Of a stretch of 1,068 nt of DNA, positions 1-1,068 are shown piece by piece. The number at the start of each line of letters is the position of its first letter. The stretch's first letter is position 1. The stretch lies in sequence record MN525560.1, one strand, 5' to 3'. Origin of the DNA: a phage. The position numbers and the translations under genes are program-made. The notes under the pieces are model-generated. The model was not told the origin of the DNA. It ran no database searches and was given only the letters and a program-made list of their open reading frames with translations.

Positions 1-1068
1 ATGGAGAAAATTATTTTTACTAAAGATCTTGTTGCTAATTCTGCTGTTGTTGCTGATCAGTGGAAACATCTTACTATTGATCGTAAAGTTTTTTGCAATG
101 CTGAGGCTGAGCTTGCTAAAACTTATGGTGTTAATGCTACTGCTCTTGTTACTAAAGATTATTGGCGTGATGTTGATAATGTTACTACTCGTGTTTTTCG
201 TAATGAGGCTGGTCAGGATATGATGGCTGATCTTATGGGTATTGCTGCTAATATTAATATTGGTAAAACTGTTGCTATTTCTCGTATTGCTTCTGATGCT
301 GGTAAAGTTGTTCGTACTCTTTCTGGTCAGGAGCCTGAGGATCTTGATAAAACTCGTTATGATTATACTGGTGATGTTATTCCTATTTTTAAAACTGGTT
401 ATTCTCGTGAGTGGCGTGAGCTTCTTGGTATGCAGTCTGAGGGTTTTGATCCTCTTCTTGATGATCAGGCTAATGTTACTTTTAATCTTCGTTCTGATAT
501 GGCTCAGTATCTTCTTACTGGTGATCAGACTCTTAATGTTAATGGTGTTTATACTGGTTATGGTATTACTAATCATCCTAATACTATTCAGGTTAATCTT
601 AATGCTTCTGGTGGTCTTAATATTGATCTTCAGACTGCTACTCCTGATGAGATTGTTACTTTTTTTAATCAGGATTTTCAGGCTATTCTTGATGCTCAGA
701 ATGTTTTTGAGCAGGTTACTCTTTGGGTTTCTCCTGCTGTTCGTCGTTCTTTTATGCGTCCTTATTCTGATGCTGCTGGTTTTAAAGGTGGTACTGTTGA
801 GCAGTATATTACTCAGTTTGGTAATGGTCGTATTGGTAAAATTGGTACTAATTTTCTTCTTACTGGTAATCATTTTGTTGGTTATGTTCGTAATGATATG
901 TATATTCGTCCTCGTGTTGCTCAGCCTGTTTCTACTTATGCTGCTGCTCGTGCTAATCCTCATGATAATTTTAATTTTCTTGTTTGGTCTGCTTTTGGTC
1001 TTCAGATTCGTAAAGATGCTACTGGTAAATCTCGTGTTTTTAATGGTTATGGTACTCAGACTCCTGTT
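1..1068 (+). CDS. Uncharacterised protein, 356 codons in frame +1 with no stop in the window (3'-partial or stop-stripped); recoded with one codon per amino acid. No family assigned; weak, unverified impression of a soluble beta-rich structural (e.g. virion/capsid-like) protein.
   Basis: Seen directly: ATG at 1-3 and 356 consecutive sense codons with no TAA/TAG/TGA in frame 1 through nt 1068; strict period-3 structure with one codon per amino acid. Translation: MEKIIFTKDLVANSAVVADQWKHLTIDRKVFCNAEAELAKTYGVNATALVTKDYWRDVDNVTTRVFRNEAGQDMMADLMGIAANINIGKTVAISRIASDAGKVVRTLSGQEPEDLDKTRYDYTGDVIPIFKTGYSREWRELLGMQSEGFDPLLDDQANVTFNLRSDMAQYLLTGDQTLNVNGVYTGYGITNHPNTIQVNLNASGGLNIDLQTATPDEIVTFFNQDFQAILDAQNVFEQVTLWVSPAVRRSFMRPYSDAAGFKGGTVEQYITQFGNGRIGKIGTNFLLTGNHFVGYVRNDMYIRPRVAQPVSTYAAARANPHDNFNFLVWSAFGLQIRKDATGKSRVFNGYGTQTPV. 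The protein has diverse, non-repetitive composition, unlike the Leu-rich off-frame ORF. The true start cannot be confirmed because there is no upstream sequence, and the product is unassigned because no search could be run. Confidence 0.85.
   Translation, partial: MEKIIFTKDLVANSAVVADQWKHLTIDRKVFCNAEAELAKTYGVNATALVTKDYWRDVDNVTTRVFRNEAGQDMMADLMGIAANINIGKTVAISRIASDAGKVVRTLSGQEPEDLDKTRYDYTGDVIPIFKTGYSREWRELLGMQSEGFDPLLDDQANVTFNLRSDMAQYLLTGDQTLNVNGVYTGYGITNHPNTIQVNLNASGGLNIDLQTATPDEIVTFFNQDFQAILDAQNVFEQVTLWVSPAVRRSFMRPYSDAAGFKGGTVEQYITQFGNGRIGKIGTNFLLTGNHFVGYVRNDMYIRPRVAQPVSTYAAARANPHDNFNFLVWSAFGLQIRKDATGKSRVFNGYGTQTPV

Noticed and set aside
24-29. Restriction/Dam-type sites (AGATCT at 24-29 and frequent GATC)
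   Set aside because: GATC arises automatically wherever Asp (GAT) is followed by a codon starting with C (Leu CTT, Pro CCT, Arg CGT, Gln CAG, His CAT); it is a by-product of the codon scheme, not a methylation or cloning signal.
1-60. N-terminal signal peptide (MEKIIFTKDLVANSAVVADQ)
   Set aside because: The hydrophobic stretch is short and interrupted by Asp/Asn/Ser, with no clear positively charged n-region plus uninterrupted h-region followed by an AxA cleavage motif; this is more consistent with a cytoplasmic or structural protein.
29-223. Track ORF in frame +2 (64 aa, MLLILLLLLISGNILLLIV...)
   Set aside because: It starts at a TTG, lies entirely inside the frame-1 ORF, and its extreme Leu/Ile/Val content is exactly what a +1 shift of NNT-type codons produces (CTT/GTT/ATT read as TTG/TTA/CTG). 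It is a frame-shift artefact, not a membrane protein.
250-261. AT-rich hexamers resembling -10 promoter elements (e.g. aatattaatatt)
   Set aside because: They are produced by Asn/Ile codons (AAT/ATT) in the recoded sequence, lie inside the coding frame, and have no meaningful spacing to a -35 element; the nucleotide composition is artificial.
250-270. Possible P-loop (Walker A) because of ...NINIGKT...
   Set aside because: Walker A requires GxxxxGK[ST]. Here the preceding Gly is seven residues upstream of the GKT (G-IAANINI-GKT), so the spacing does not match, and no Walker B-like hhhhD/E is evident in the appropriate context.
940-948. Short nucleotide tandem repeats (gctgctgct; also cttctt, ttttttt runs)
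   Set aside because: These are homo-amino-acid pairs or triplets (AAA, LL, FF) written with a single codon each; they are not microsatellites or slippage-prone repeats in any native sense.
1-1068. Reverse-strand coding, RNA genes, CRISPR repeats, mobile-element ends
   Set aside because: No reverse-strand ORF is reported or apparent. There are no direct or inverted repeats with spacer architecture and no tRNA-like or terminator hairpins that are not explained by the single-codon coding frame.

Overview
The whole 1068-nt window is one uninterrupted reading frame on the + strand in frame 1: ATG at nt 1-3, 356 sense codons, and no stop codon before the window ends on a codon boundary. The nucleotide sequence is not native: each amino acid is written with a single fixed codon (20 codons in total, almost all ending in T), which is the signature of a back-translated or synthetic coding sequence. 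Promoter, RBS, codon-bias and composition signals are therefore uninformative, and only the encoded protein carries biological information. The only ORF in the supplied track (29..223, frame +2, TTG start) is a Leu-rich frame-shift artefact nested inside the real frame, and is rejected. The 356-residue protein has no transmembrane segment, no classical signal peptide and no catalytic or nucleotide-binding motif I can recognise with confidence, so I cannot assign it to a family from sequence alone. Its composition (Gly/Thr/Asn/Val/Asp-rich, a single Cys) suggests a soluble, beta-rich protein, possibly a virion or other structural protein, but that is only a weak impression. No multi-gene system can be inferred from a single gene without flanking context.
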